A program made the position numbers and the translations under genes. Below the pieces are notes generated by a model that saw only the letters and a list, made by a program, of their open reading frames with translations, did not search any database and was not told the DNA's origin. From NCBI GenBank assembly GCA_951406725.2, contig OX597820.1, positions 85,870,001 through 85,934,000 of the forward strand: a stretch of DNA of 64,000 nt, given 5' to 3'. Shown here in pieces: positions 51,630 to 64,000 of this stretch (position 1 is its first letter; each line of letters opens with the position of its first letter). Source of the stretch: Octopus vulgaris (Eukaryota).

Positions 51630-51992
51630 GGTGAAGATGCGTGGTTCCTTGGACAAGTGTCTTCTATTATGGCATCGAGCTGACCAAATATTTGTGAGTG
51701 AATTTGGTAGGCGGAAACTGAGGGAAGCCCATCATATATGCACTCACACACACGCACACACACACACAGATGTATACATATGTGTCTATCTGTCTGTATG
51801 TCTGCTTTTGTCCCCCCTCACTGCTTGACAACCGGTGTCGGTACGTTTACGTCCTAGTAATTCAACAGTTCGGCAAAGAGCGATAGAATATGTATCAGGA
51901 TTTAATAATTTAAGTAGTGAGATCGACTCGTTCGACTAAAAGATTATTCGAGGCGGTGCACCAGCCTGGCCGCAGTCTAGTGACTGAAAGAG
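51630..51992 (+). mobile_element. SINE family A copy (diverged)
   Basis: cttggacaagtgtcttcta...gtgagtgaatttggtaggcggaaactga...gcttgacaaccg...ggcggtgcaccagcctggccgcagtc...tgactgaaa. Confidence 0.85.
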
Positions 51993-53182
51993 ATGTCATG
52001 TAAATGAAATAACTCATTGATGTCAACAACATGAAGCTCAATAGTAGTGATTTCAAAGTTTTGGCACCAGGTCAACTAGTACTTATCTTATCGACCCCGA
52101 AAGGGTGAAAGTCGACCACAACAGAAAATGAAAATACAATATAGTAGATAGCTGATGATTTACTAACACTTTGCTGACAACTCATAACGAAATTCAAAGC
52201 GAAGATAAAACAATTTTGTGTAATTAGCTAATTGTTTAAAACAACACATAGAAATGAGTATTTGTGTGCGTGTGTCAGTGTGTTTGTGCGGGAAGGGGGG
52301 TGTGCGCGGGCGCGTATTTAGTGAAATTACTAAAGAGAATGGAAGGTTATGTTAAAGGGTCAGAAAACAGCATGCTTTAAAGTAATATTAACATAGATAA
52401 TTAGATGTGAATAGATTCGAATGTTAACGCAAGGTTTGCGGCGAGGTTAGAGACTGATATATAATTCTGCCATTTGGTAGGATTTTGAGAAGAAATAACC
52501 TTCGATAGTCTGAATGTAGAAATTCAATGCATTAAACAATGGAGTGATTTATTCAAAATTCCATTATAAAAGCAGTTTTTGTATTTTTTTTTTCTTCTGT
52601 GCGCTTTTGTTTTAACGAATATATTTTGTGATGACTCAGAACTTATAATTATTATGGAAGGTAAAAGTGGGTGATAAAAAAGATTTATGGCGAAGTAAAA
52701 TATTAAAAATAAATGTTTCAATTATGATATCGCATATTATGGAGAAAGGGTCCTGGTGAAATTATGAGAAGTCGTAAGAAATACAAGATAATGTGTAAAT
52801 ATATAGCAATAATTTAATGAAATATCTGTAATGAGATAGAAGGATAGTATTAGACTGGTGATTATGATTTGAGAAACACTTAATTGCTTCTACCAAAACC
52901 ATTATCGAAGATATACTAGCTTATAAAAAATAGTGTAGAAAATATATATGGCAAAAAAATATGAAAATAAAAATGAAAATTACAGTTGCAGACTGAGGGA
53001 AAATTTAATAAATTACTTTCGGTAAGCAATTGCGAATGTGCGGAAGATTTTGCTCTTAATTGGCGTTGTGATGCACTTCTACACGTCATTGGTTGTGTTA
53101 CCGGTTTTCTTGGGGAAGGAGTTGAGGTTAGTTAGACCTTTGACTTAAGGCTAGGTCGTATTCCCCCCATTTGTATGGTGAA

Positions 53183-53218
<36 letters not shown>

Positions 53219-53482
53219 CCGGTGTTGTTCAAACGATGAATAGCTTTGCGTAAACCATTGGTTCGTTTTGTTCTCTTACTTTATTATCATCTTATAATCA
53301 TCTCATAATAATGGCTTTCATGACTCGTATTACTACCTCAGTCAATCTAAATGTATATATGTGTCGTTACCTGTCATAAATAGCCTTTTTCTATTTGCAA
53401 TATGCATTTTCGTTGATTTTTCATATTTTACCCTTACATTTCCACGTGTATTTTATATTTTCTTTTCGTAACCTATTTCTAC

Positions 53483-53513
<31 letters not shown>

Positions 53514-54049
53514 ATGTATGTATACACACACACTCGCACACATATACACACAGATTTACATATTAACTCATACACACAAACACACTTACTTGCACAGTAA
53601 CACAAACATACTCACACTCATACATGGTACTCGACCGTAATTATATCTCTAGAACGTACATTATCTAATACCTATCTCCCGTGTCTACTTTCTTTCTACA
53701 AACCACTATCTCATAAAGGAATGGTGACAGATAAGTACCTACGGAATATCAATTCACCAACGTTAAAAAACATTGAATGGCAGATTGTTGCAGAAAATAT
53801 TCAAACATTTGAAGACGTCAGTCTCTTATTGTCCCTATTGATATTGTAGTCGATATTGCTGTTATTTGGTTTTAAGCTTAAGTATATATAAACTTTAGTC
53901 AAGCAAACATTTTAATATAAACTAAAATATCCTAAGATGCATTACGGAAGCGGGAAGTGCATAGATTTTGATAACTACATACTGGAATGATATATTACAT
54001 ATTACATTGTATTCATACAGTTTACCGACAAACTTTATTTCTAACACAT

Positions 54050-54106
<57 letters not shown>

Positions 54107-54405
54107 CTTTCTCTTCAGGAAAATCCAGGAATTAAGATATCCTTATTCAATCAGAATTTGGAAATTTGTGGCCTTTGAAACATGTGTAGAATGTAATAAA
54201 AGGAATTCTGTAGAATCTTCGTTCAGCTCCATTTCTTCCATTCACTAATTATATTAAACTTCAATTATCCGCGCCAACGCACGGTTGCACCACCCTATGG
54301 TCATATCTCCAACCGTGTTTTTTTCTGCTGTGATTTTTGCTACCCAGGTATCGGTTAAACTTTTGAATAATCCGTAACGAGATAATTCATCTTTCCATTT
54401 CAACA

Positions 54406-54465
<60 letters not shown>

Positions 54466-54468
<3 letters not shown>

Positions 54469-54763
54469 TCTTTACTCTCTTTTGCCGCACCGCTAAGTGA
54501 CGGGGACGTAAACACACAAGCATCGGTTGTCAAGCAATGCTAGGTGTGCAAACACAGATACACAAACACACACACATACATACATATGTATATATATATA
54601 TACGACTGGCTTCTTTCAGTTTCCGTCTACCAAATCCACTCACAAGGCATTGGTCGGCCCGGGGCTATAGCAGAAGACACCTGCCCAAGATGCCACGCAG
54701 TGGGTCTGAACCCGGAATCATGTGGTTGGTTAGCAAGCTACTTACCACACAGCCACTCCTGCG

Positions 54764-54765
<2 letters not shown>
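54466..54765 (-). mobile_element. Young SINE family A copy with a deletion in the 3' body, embedded in (TA)n
   Basis: Near-identical to 36470-36750 on the minus strand, then jumps from ggcaaaagagag directly to the terminal taaagagta repeats. Confidence 0.9.
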
Positions 54766-54818
<53 letters not shown>

Positions 54819-55093
54819 CTAGAGAGATAACTATAGATATAGATATACTTTTATGAAATGACCAAACAAGCTTGTGTAAATAAACTGCGTTGAGGAGCTG
54901 TAATAGACTGAAACATATCTATATTTTCCTCACATAGAAACAAAAAGAAAACATCCCGTTGACATAAAAATTAACTTTGATAACCTAAGTATAATTTTTT
55001 TCTTTAATCACCTATCCTTTGAGTATTGCTCTTTCGGCCACATTGTTCTTTTCTTTCATCAACTGTAAAAAATACCGAATCATTAATGATTTA

Positions 55094-55965
55094 TTAGGTC
55101 CTTAAGTATGAAATTTGTAGTAAGGTATATGATAAATTTTGACAGCTGCTCATTTTGCACCATTTATTAAAGTTTGACAATCTTTATTTTTTGTTAGAAA
55201 GCTGATACATCTATTTCTGTATCAGAAATATCTGCGCTTTATAAAGTTTTTATATATCGTTTTTTGCTTTTTTTTTTTTTTTGTTTCGAGATGGATACCT
55301 TGGAAATTGGTACAGTTTTGAAATATGAGTTCTTTCTTGGAAATACAGCACCACAGACTGCTCGGAGTATTAATGGAGTATTTCATTCTAATGTTATTAC
55401 ACATCAGACAGTATCAAATTGGTTTGCAAAATTTTGAGCTTAGAAATGAGCAACGCAGTCGACCAGAAACAATGCTGGATAATGACGAACTGAAAGCCAC
55501 CGTCAAGTAAGCTATATCTCAAAGTGTCCGTGAATTATCGTTGTTGTTAGCAAGCAAATAATATTGACTCACCTAGTTCAAATCGGTAGAGTGAAAAATC
55601 TGGATAGGTGGGTTCCATCCCAACTCAATAAAAATCAGAAAGAGCAACGTTTGGAAGCCTGCATTATGCTACTTTCTCGTCACAAAACGGAATCATTTTT
55701 TAATGGAATTGTAGCATGTGATTGGAAATGGACCCAATAAAACAACCGTAAACGTTCAGCACAATGGTGGGACAAAGACGAGCTACCAAAACGCAGTTCA
55801 AAAAACAAAATACATCAAAAGCAGCTGATGGTGTGTGTTTGGTGGTCTGGCACGTGAATGGCATAATTTCTCATCAATCACGACCGAAGTATACTGCACG
55901 TAAGTGGACCAAATGATGCACAAACTTACCAACAGATTAGTCAACAGATCCACTCCTATTTGAAT
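55094..55965 (+). pseudogene. Decayed mariner element (5' end plus transposase N-terminal two-thirds; ATG at 55291)
   Basis: MDTLEIGTVLKYEFFLGNTAPQTARSINGVF...TVSNWFAKF, LDRWVPSQLN, IVACDWKW and LMVCVWWS. TA|ttaggtc is a candidate TIR start at 55094. Confidence 0.85.
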
Positions 55966-56929
55966 ATAACATTAGCAAACTTTTTTTTATTTTCTACAAA
56001 TGTCATACTTGACATAATAATATGTATAGCAATCAGTAAATCAACTCGTATTTATCTCTCTTCATGCACGTGATCCCTTTAAAATATCTCCCTCACCGTA
56101 TTGAAACTTGCTCTTAAATTTCTATTATCTTTTAGCCTTTAATTCAGTTGACTATGGCCATGCTGTGGTTCCACCTTCAAACGATTGTGTCAAACGAATC
56201 GACCCATTTACTTATTTCCTTTAAAAGTTTGATACACTTCTGTCGGTCTGTTTTACTGCACCTCTAAGTAATGGAATGCAAACAAATCATTGGCGGTGAA
56301 GCGGTGGGCGGATAGACTTAAACACAAAATAACACACGGATGTGTGTGTGAGAGCGTGCGTGCGTGCGTGTGTGTGTATGGGTATGTGTGGGTGTGTGTG
56401 TGTAACGTGACAGTCGTATCGTTTTTCAGGGAAACGTTGAAATACATAATCTTACGTATTTTCCGTGGTAAGACATAGTAGCATAATTGAAGGAGAATTT
56501 GACTGTTTTGTCTGAAATGTTGAACCTTGTTGGCTGGTTAGCAAAGCTCTGCAAGTAACATTTTGCCGCCTTGTTCCTAAACTAGTATTCGTTATCATCT
56601 TGTATCTTTGAAAAGCGGCAGGTTACAAAATTGTTAGCGTGAGTGGCGTAATTTCTTGCTGTAATTGCTTGTGTGGTCCTACTGTATGAGTTCGAATGAT
56701 TTGATGAGTAGATTAACAATAAGTTCTTTCTTCTCATCAGCGATTCTACTACATTCTTTTGTTTTTACAACAAAAGAGTCACAGCATAATCTGCAGTTTT
56801 CTTCCTGAAAATATCTGGTAACAATTATTATGTTTATCATTAAGGCCACAGCTGGCTGAATTGACAATAAGCTGGGGCTGACGTAAATCACTAATTGCTT
56901 ACTCTCAAAATGTCAGTTCTTGTCCCACA

Positions 56930-57110
56930 ATCGGTTTCAAATTTTGACACAAAGCCAGTAAGTTCGGGAGAATGAGTAAGTCTACTACATCGTTTTCAGA
57001 GCTCAAATGGTACTTATTCCGAAAGGATAATAGGAAAATTTGAACTCAGAACATAAAAAGGGGTGAAATGCAGCTCAGCATTTTTCCTGTCGTGCTAACG
57101 ACTCTGCCAC
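56930..57110 (-). mobile_element. SINE family B copy
   Basis: ggtttcaaattttgacacaaagccag...atttgaactcagaac...gtgctaacgactctgcca. Confidence 0.8.
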
Positions 57111-57139
57111 TCCTTATGCTAATATTAGAAATAATTAAA

Positions 57140-57345
57140 GTCGACGAGCTGGCAGAGTCGTTAGCACGTCGGGCGTAGCGGCATTCCATCCATCCTTACG
57201 TTCCGGGTTCACATTCCACCGAGATCGACTTTGGGATTTACCTTTTCGGGATCGATGAAATAAATACAAATTGAGTCCTGGGGTCAATTTAATTAACTAG
57301 CTTCCTCTCTCAAATTTACTGGCCTTGTACCAAAATCTGAAACTA
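57140..57345 (+). mobile_element. SINE family B copy with a flanking 15-bp direct repeat
   Basis: cgagctggcagagtcgttagcac...ggccttgtaccaaaatctgaaac. The repeat ctaatattagaaata occurs at 57119-57133 and 57343-57357. Confidence 0.85.
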
Positions 57346-60195
57346 ATATTAGAAATAGGTATTAATGCGTTTCGGGTAGCATGTTTCCAGCATTCTATCG
57401 TTGAAATAGTTATCCGTTGATCACTGGGGTCAATGTAACCCAGTCGTTCTCCTACTCTAAATTACTGGTCTTGTGCCAAAATTCGAAAACCATTATCTTT
57501 TGATTAGTATTTCAGAAAACAAATTTTGTATAGGGTAATCTATACATGATAACGTACTGTGAGATAAATGGTGCGTTGATTTTTCCGCTGTAAAGGAACT
57601 TAACTGTGCCAAACAGCGTAGTGTGTGGCAGTAAATTGTAAATGGATTGCCAAGTCTTTCGCGTAGGCAGAAACAAGCATGATGTCATCTAGCACATTAG
57701 ATGGAAGAGGGTATACGTAACAGGGAATACAAACTGAAATCAGCCTACAGAATCCGGTAGGCATAGGAAGGCCCCCAAGGCAGGATAGTTCATTCCCCAT
57801 AAATAGAACTTCTTTCACTGCTGTCGGTATCTTTTCTTTTTCGTACATGCATTTTTTTTTATTGCTTTTAATGTTTTAGATTTTTTTTTTCATCTCCTCT
57901 TCTTAATGTACATGTAGAAACTAACGTAAGTGTTTCAAGTAATTTCTTACAAAATGTCTTGCATATATGTTAAGACCCCTCTGGCCAATAAAGAAAAATA
58001 TTTTGATGCAAAAAGATTCCTTGTTATTCTTGATGTTATTGTTGTTTCTATATTTACGTAGTCTATGTTTATATTTGCATAATATTTTCTAACGCAATTT
58101 ATTGTATCTACATTGTATTTCGTTTGGCATCGCAGCAAATAAAGAAAAGATTATTATTAATGTTGTTCTTGTTGTTGTTGTTATTGTTGGTGGTGGTGGT
58201 GGTGGGTAGTGGTAGCAGTAGCAGCAGCAGCAGTAGCTGTCCGTTACAAAAATAACTGTAAAATTGTTTATTTTATGATGTCTTTTAATTTTCTTTTTGC
58301 CTTTGCTATAAAATTTTTTCCTTATCTTTTTTGTTACTTAAATATCTCCATCAACTGTTCCTGCTCCTGAATTAATTTTATAATACATTTGTTATTATCT
58401 CTTATTGCTCCTCACGTCTTTTCAGTTATCAGTCTGTTTGTCACCAGTTAGTTGACTTAATGTAATGATTTTGCTGTTCCATTTAACGCACCACGTCCCA
58501 AAATATATTTTATGTTCGTAGTTTGTTCTTATATTTTTTTCTTTGATAGGTTTTAAAATAAAATCAATGACGACGATTTTCTAGATCTTTGCACGTTTAG
58601 CTTACACTTCACATAATTTTTTCAGCAACCTCTTATATTATCAATGTTAAGTCAATGTTTGTAATGATACGCCATGTCGATCGCCTTGACATATAATTCT
58701 TGCAAGATCAGCTCAACTCGACAGCTACTATAAATAGGTACAACTTACGAATGCAGTGAAGGAAAACAATGATATGATTAACATGCCTTTGTAAAATGTT
58801 CAGCACACAGTTCGATATTGCTGCTTCATCTGAAATAGAATGCTGTTCACGTTTATCAAATAAATATATTTCAAACCCATAGCCTGGACAGTCCTACAGC
58901 TGCACACACAAAACGCCAAAATGCAGATTGTTATCTTCATAATTCTTCTGCAGCTACTATAACTGATCCTTCTATTCACAAATAACAAACTGCAACGGCA
59001 TATTTCCTTAGCAACCTTATTTAACTTTCTCTACCTCATCTTTTTTCTGGTTTTCAACTGTCACATCTCCGTACTAAATTGTTTGCTTTTCATATTTGGT
59101 TAGTTATGGAATGAACATAATAAGCATTTCGTATGAAAAAAAAAGCATTCAGCTATTCTGTGCTCTGATGTCGGACCACATCTTGCAACACTGGATGCTA
59201 TTCTGTTACTTTCTTAGAAAATAAAATAGTTATTTGTAATTATGCTTAAATCGTCTTCCTGGACTTCTTTTCAGTAGTCATTTCTCGTTCACTTTTCTCA
59301 ACAGATCAGAACAAACAGCGGTTTCAAGCAGAACATGCAACTGCAAAGACATCAAAAATTTGGATAGTGAAGGTTGTAAATGTCTTAGGTGCCAAATTTG
59401 TTCTTCCTTTCATTAAATCATGTTTTCTGAAATAGCTTCAAGGACAAATATCTGGTTTAAATGCGGACAATCGATTAAATTAATCTTAATATTTCTCTGA
59501 TATTTTTCTTGATTTTGAATTGACGAAAATCAATATCGTAAAGCAGGTATCTTTTTATCTTTCATGCAGTACGGAATGTAGCGCCCATGACTCGACGACC
59601 TCTGAGACTGTTGGGATGGAGAAATATACTCTCAAGTGGGAAACATGATTCAAATTCTTGCACCAGAGATGTGCCTAAAGATACCTATTATGCAGATAGT
59701 GTTGCTAAACACTAAAATGGGTAGGTCTACTACACTAATAGGCTATTGCGGGATTTGAACTCATAACACAAAAAAGACGGTACAAATACTGCAAGGCATC
59801 ATCTGTTCTGACCTTCTTTCAGCTTCAACAATCCACTGACTTGAATTGGTACTTTATCGATGCTGAAACGATGAAAGGTAACTTTAGGAAAACATACTGC
59901 GACGCATTCTGTCCAACATTCAATTCATTCTGCCATTACACTGCCTTGATCACAGTAATGTAAGTAAATATTGCGATACATTCATCACTTTACCTTCTTT
60001 AATTTTTATTATTCTTGTTTCTGTAATTGGATTGCAGTTTTGCTCGAGCATCACCTTCATAGAGCAATAACTTTAATAAATATTGACCATCAGTAATAGT
60101 ATATCAATTTTGCAATCTATGTTCTTTATTCGATACGTATTAAAACTAAATTTCATATACAAATGATTAAACTCAAATGAATTATCATATGTGAG

Positions 60196-60412
60196 AGGCG
60201 CAGAGTAAGCAGAATCATTAACTCGGGCAACAAAATGCTTCGGAGAATTTCGTACGTCTTGATATTCTAGGTTCAAATTCCACCGATTTCGACTTTGACC
60301 TTCATTCATTCGGCCTCAACAAATTAAGTACTAATTGAGTTCTGAGGTCGATGTAATCAACTTAACGCCTCCCCCGAAACTGCTGGCCTTGTGCCAAAAT
60401 TTGAAGCCAATA
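60196..60412 (+). mobile_element. SINE family B copy
   Basis: gcagaatcattaac...gttcaaattccacc...gactttgaccttcat...gtcgatgtaatc...ggccttgtgccaaaatttgaa. Confidence 0.8.
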
Positions 60413-62857
60413 TTTATTATATGGACTGTGAACAGAAGAAAAGCCATACCGATTATGTGTGGGATTTGAACTCGATACCGAAAGGATGGGGAAAAAATTA
60501 TAATGCATTTAATTCGATAACCTACGAATTGCCAATAAATCAATTCATATATTTAGATTTGGATATATATTTATATGCATTTGTGTATATCCATATGTGC
60601 GCTTCAATATTCTTAACAATATTACATTGCTCATAATACTGGAATATTTTAATGTTCTTTTATTCCTACTTTGTTTCTTATTGTATCTATTCTTGCATTT
60701 ATTTTCTTTTTCACTTTCTTATATTTCTTGTTTTTTTATTTACCCCTTCCTTTTTCCTTATTCCTTCTTCCTTTTATCTCTTTTCCTATTTTCTTTTAGT
60801 CTTCTCTAATGTTCTTCGGCATTTTCACTTTTAACTGCCTATGGATAAGTATTCCGATTTCTTTTATGATCGATGCCAAGAACAGTATAAATCATACGAT
60901 GTTTCCAATCACTTTTATATTCGCTTTACTAGCAAAGACAAACCGATCAAATTTCTCTTTGTGATAAAGTTTTGAAAAAAAATAAACATTTTCTCATCGT
61001 AAAACATCTGACCTTTGGTCTACAACAGTAAGCTCTCAATCAAACATCTAAAACGTCTGTTAGGTCGAAGGAAAGTTATAGGAGCAAACATACTTAAGTA
61101 ACATTAAAGATGTTTAAGGTTAAAGGTTCTTCATTCACGTCAAATTATTCTTCCTTTAGAATATCTAGCGAGTGCCATCTTTGTAAATCCAACGATACTA
61201 GATAAGCATTATATATATAAATATATATTTATATATGTGTGTGTGAGTGAGTGAGTGTGTGTGTGTATAAGTGTGTGTGTGAGAGTGTGTATAAGCTATG
61301 TATATGTGTGCATATGTCTATTTTTCTTTCTTGTGTTAACCCTTTTTAATGAGTGTTCGCATTGAGAATCAGAATGAATGCATATGTAAGTGAATGATAG
61401 ATTGACAGTGTCTGGTATGTCGGTGATATGGGTGTGAGATAGGATAAAGAGCATATGGTTAAGAATAGCAAACTAGGAGAAGAAGAATGTAAACAAAGGT
61501 ATAATTACGAGGAAATTGTTAAAATACAAATATTGAGTTGGTTAAAGTAAAGAAAAATGACAAAATATTGCGATAGTGAAACAATTACTTGCCTACAGAA
61601 AAAAGCAACAATTATTTGTGAAATAACAGATCATTTCGACTATACTACAGGTACATCCGTATTATCTGTTTCTTACACCATATTTTAGTGCAGGCAAGCA
61701 CAAGCATCCTGTAATTTACTCAAACAAACGGACATTGTCTCTAAAAGTAGATCGCATTAAAGTAATATCGGAAAACGAGATTTCTAACATATACACAAGG
61801 ACTAGGTTCATAGTATGGGTGATTTGATCTGCGCTATTACTTGGCTCGTGTCATTTTATCAATCATATAAGTATGAATATCTTTATCGCTCCAGGGCTGG
61901 TTTGAACTCCAAACTTAGGTAGGCGTAATCAAATGCAGCAACTCAGTTTTGCGGGCGTTCTGCCATTTCTACTGATACCTTTCAATGAACGTATTAAAAT
62001 ATTTATGCCTACAACTTTTCAGCTTCCAAATGGAAAGTTTGAATAAATAAATACTAAATAAATAAATAAACACATGCTGATATATAAATACATGAATTGG
62101 TGGAAGTCGTCCAATATATTTTGATAAAGTTAGTATGACTAAAAGCCAAAGTAGTTTGCAGAAATAAATTGGAACTCCATTCATACATTGTATCTAAAAT
62201 ATATTACTATAATTAGAATTTTAAAAAATATGATTGCTGATCATTGAAGCACAATAACTACAACTGCATGAACATTATTCACTATATAACTTTTACCAAT
62301 TTAGACTGGTCACCATAAGACATTCATTTACAGAAATTCTTTCCGTATTAACTTTGATTTCCTTTTTTTTTTTATTATTTTTATCGATTTTTGCTTATTG
62401 GACTGCGGGCATATTGAAGCACCACATGAATGCATATTTAGTAGATTATAATAACTCTCTCTACCTGGTATTTAGATTATCATACTTTAAGTGATGAAAT
62501 AAAGAGTTAGCCAGGACTGAAGTTGAACTCAAAACCTACAAGAACGTTGTAATCTCCGATTTTACGCGAACTCTAACTGTCAACGAAGGAATATATCATC
62601 TTCCGGCATAGAAATATTTTAATTTCCAAAATCCTGATGGACATTGAATCATCAGATGAAAAATCATCGAAAAAGAATTTTAGATATCTGTACCTTGCAG
62701 AAATCCAATCATCAGATGACATAGCAAGGAAACATATTTAGAATTTCAATTTTTTGCCTAAAGTAAAATTGCCATATTTTAAACCAAGGAATAAGAATTA
62801 AAAACCAAGAATCTTGCGAAAGAGAAAAGTGTCACGACATATATATACATATATATA

Positions 62858-63294
62858 TACTTTGATACTTTGATACTTTGATAGGTTTCGGCCATTATTG
62901 GCCCAGGCCATGTCTAACTTAATAGCACCACCTGGTGAAGTCTTTCAAGTCAGAATTTGGGCACTATGGCCCACTCAAGTAGAGAGTTATTGTTTACAGA
63001 GACATATCCGGGTGTAGGGGGTTTATCCGGGATTTCTTGAAGGAATCTGTCCAAAGACTTCTTGAACCCTATAGGGTCAGTTTCTGTTTTAATGTGTTTT
63101 GGTGTAATGTTAAAGAGAGCGGGGCCAATTGAGGTGAAATAATTGTGCCGTATTGTTGTTATGAGATGAGAGTGCGATTTTTGTTTTGGGCGGATGGCAC
63201 GGGGCCCAAGCCTTGGATGTACCTTAAAGGTGATGCCAACATCATTTGGGCAATGCTGATGGAATATTTTCCACATCATGCAGATGATGTAGCG

Positions 63295-63298
<4 letters not shown>
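62858..63298 (-). mobile_element. Young 5'-truncated CR1/L2-group LINE (second family): uninterrupted ORF2 C-terminus, 3' UTR and (TATCAAAG)3 tail
   Basis: Uninterrupted [11 protein letters not shown]...FTSIGPALFNITPKHIK...FKKSLDRFLQEIPDKPPTPGY...NNSLLEW* ending at 62950. The tail hairpin ggcca-ataa-tggcc-gaaac follows, and (TA)n lies on both sides. Confidence 0.9.
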
Positions 63299-63357
<59 letters not shown>

Positions 63358-63402
63358 GTATATACGCACGTATGTATGTACCTATGTATGTATGTATGTA
63401 TG

Positions 63403-63460
<58 letters not shown>

Positions 63461-64000
63461 CATACATACATACATACATACATACATACATACACACACA
63501 CCCACTTTCTTTAATTTCATGTTTCTTGCCGGGAAGATCTCGTTTATGTTTAAAATCTGCTAAATTTAAAAGACTTGCCAAAATATTAGATGTTATCATT
63601 CGTTCTTTTTTCTTCTTTGGGAATTCATTGTCGTCTCATATATCTACATTTTGCTAGAGTTTCTAGTGTAAAACTGAAATAGTTCTGGAGCATGATGTTT
63701 GTGATAAATATTACGAGACACGCGAATATAATTGCATATAATATAAATTTGGATATTTAAAAACTAATATAAGACGAAATGCATCAGATAGAATTTTTGC
63801 TATGCATCATATCCCTTCTTCAATTAATTATTTGTCTTCAACTTAATTTCACCTTTTGTTGCGTTAAGTTATTTGTGACAGATTTAGAGAAATATCATAC
63901 TAATTGTCCCAGAGTTTTGTCCTCTTACAATATTAATTCAGACCCAGTTGGGTGCATATTTGCCTTCAGTTCCTCAATGTTAATCAACTTTATAGTTAAG

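Noticed and set aside
56679-57848. Two non-repetitive minus-strand ORFs of 70 and 82 aa
   Set aside because: No recognisable motifs or complete splice-site pairs, and their lengths are compatible with chance.
58700-58950. Minus-strand frame DCPGYGFEIYLFDK... faintly like piggyBac GYxxxFxIYxGK
   Set aside because: The similarity is too short, and no catalytic DNxF motif or TTAA/TIR was found.

Overview
AT-rich, microsatellite-saturated eukaryotic DNA, intergenic or intronic, with no supportable intact host protein-coding gene. Almost all ORFs in the supplied track are translations of microsatellites. The SINE families and repeat landscape suggest an octopus or related coleoid genome (inference). 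The window is a transposon graveyard. It holds at least four Penelope-like element (PLE) remnants with RT and/or GIY-YIG motifs, two CR1/L2-type LINE 3' ends, RTE fragments, three Tc1/mariner-superfamily transposase pseudogenes, a complete non-autonomous Helitron, a 320-bp fold-back element and three tRNA-derived SINE families. The most striking hidden structure is a set of about nine hammerhead-ribozyme (HHR)-like motifs from several families, mostly in or beside PLE remnants. They include a family with a recurrent non-canonical core (U at position 6), copies with a long stem II, and a permuted type II-like candidate. Also notable: a roughly 400-nt Asn/Ser/Thr-rich insertion between the GIY and YIG motifs of one PLE endonuclease, a 3' tail shared by a LINE and a SINE with a covarying hairpin, and one candidate 38-nt micro-exon. 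All calls come from manual reading and translation, and boundaries are approximate.
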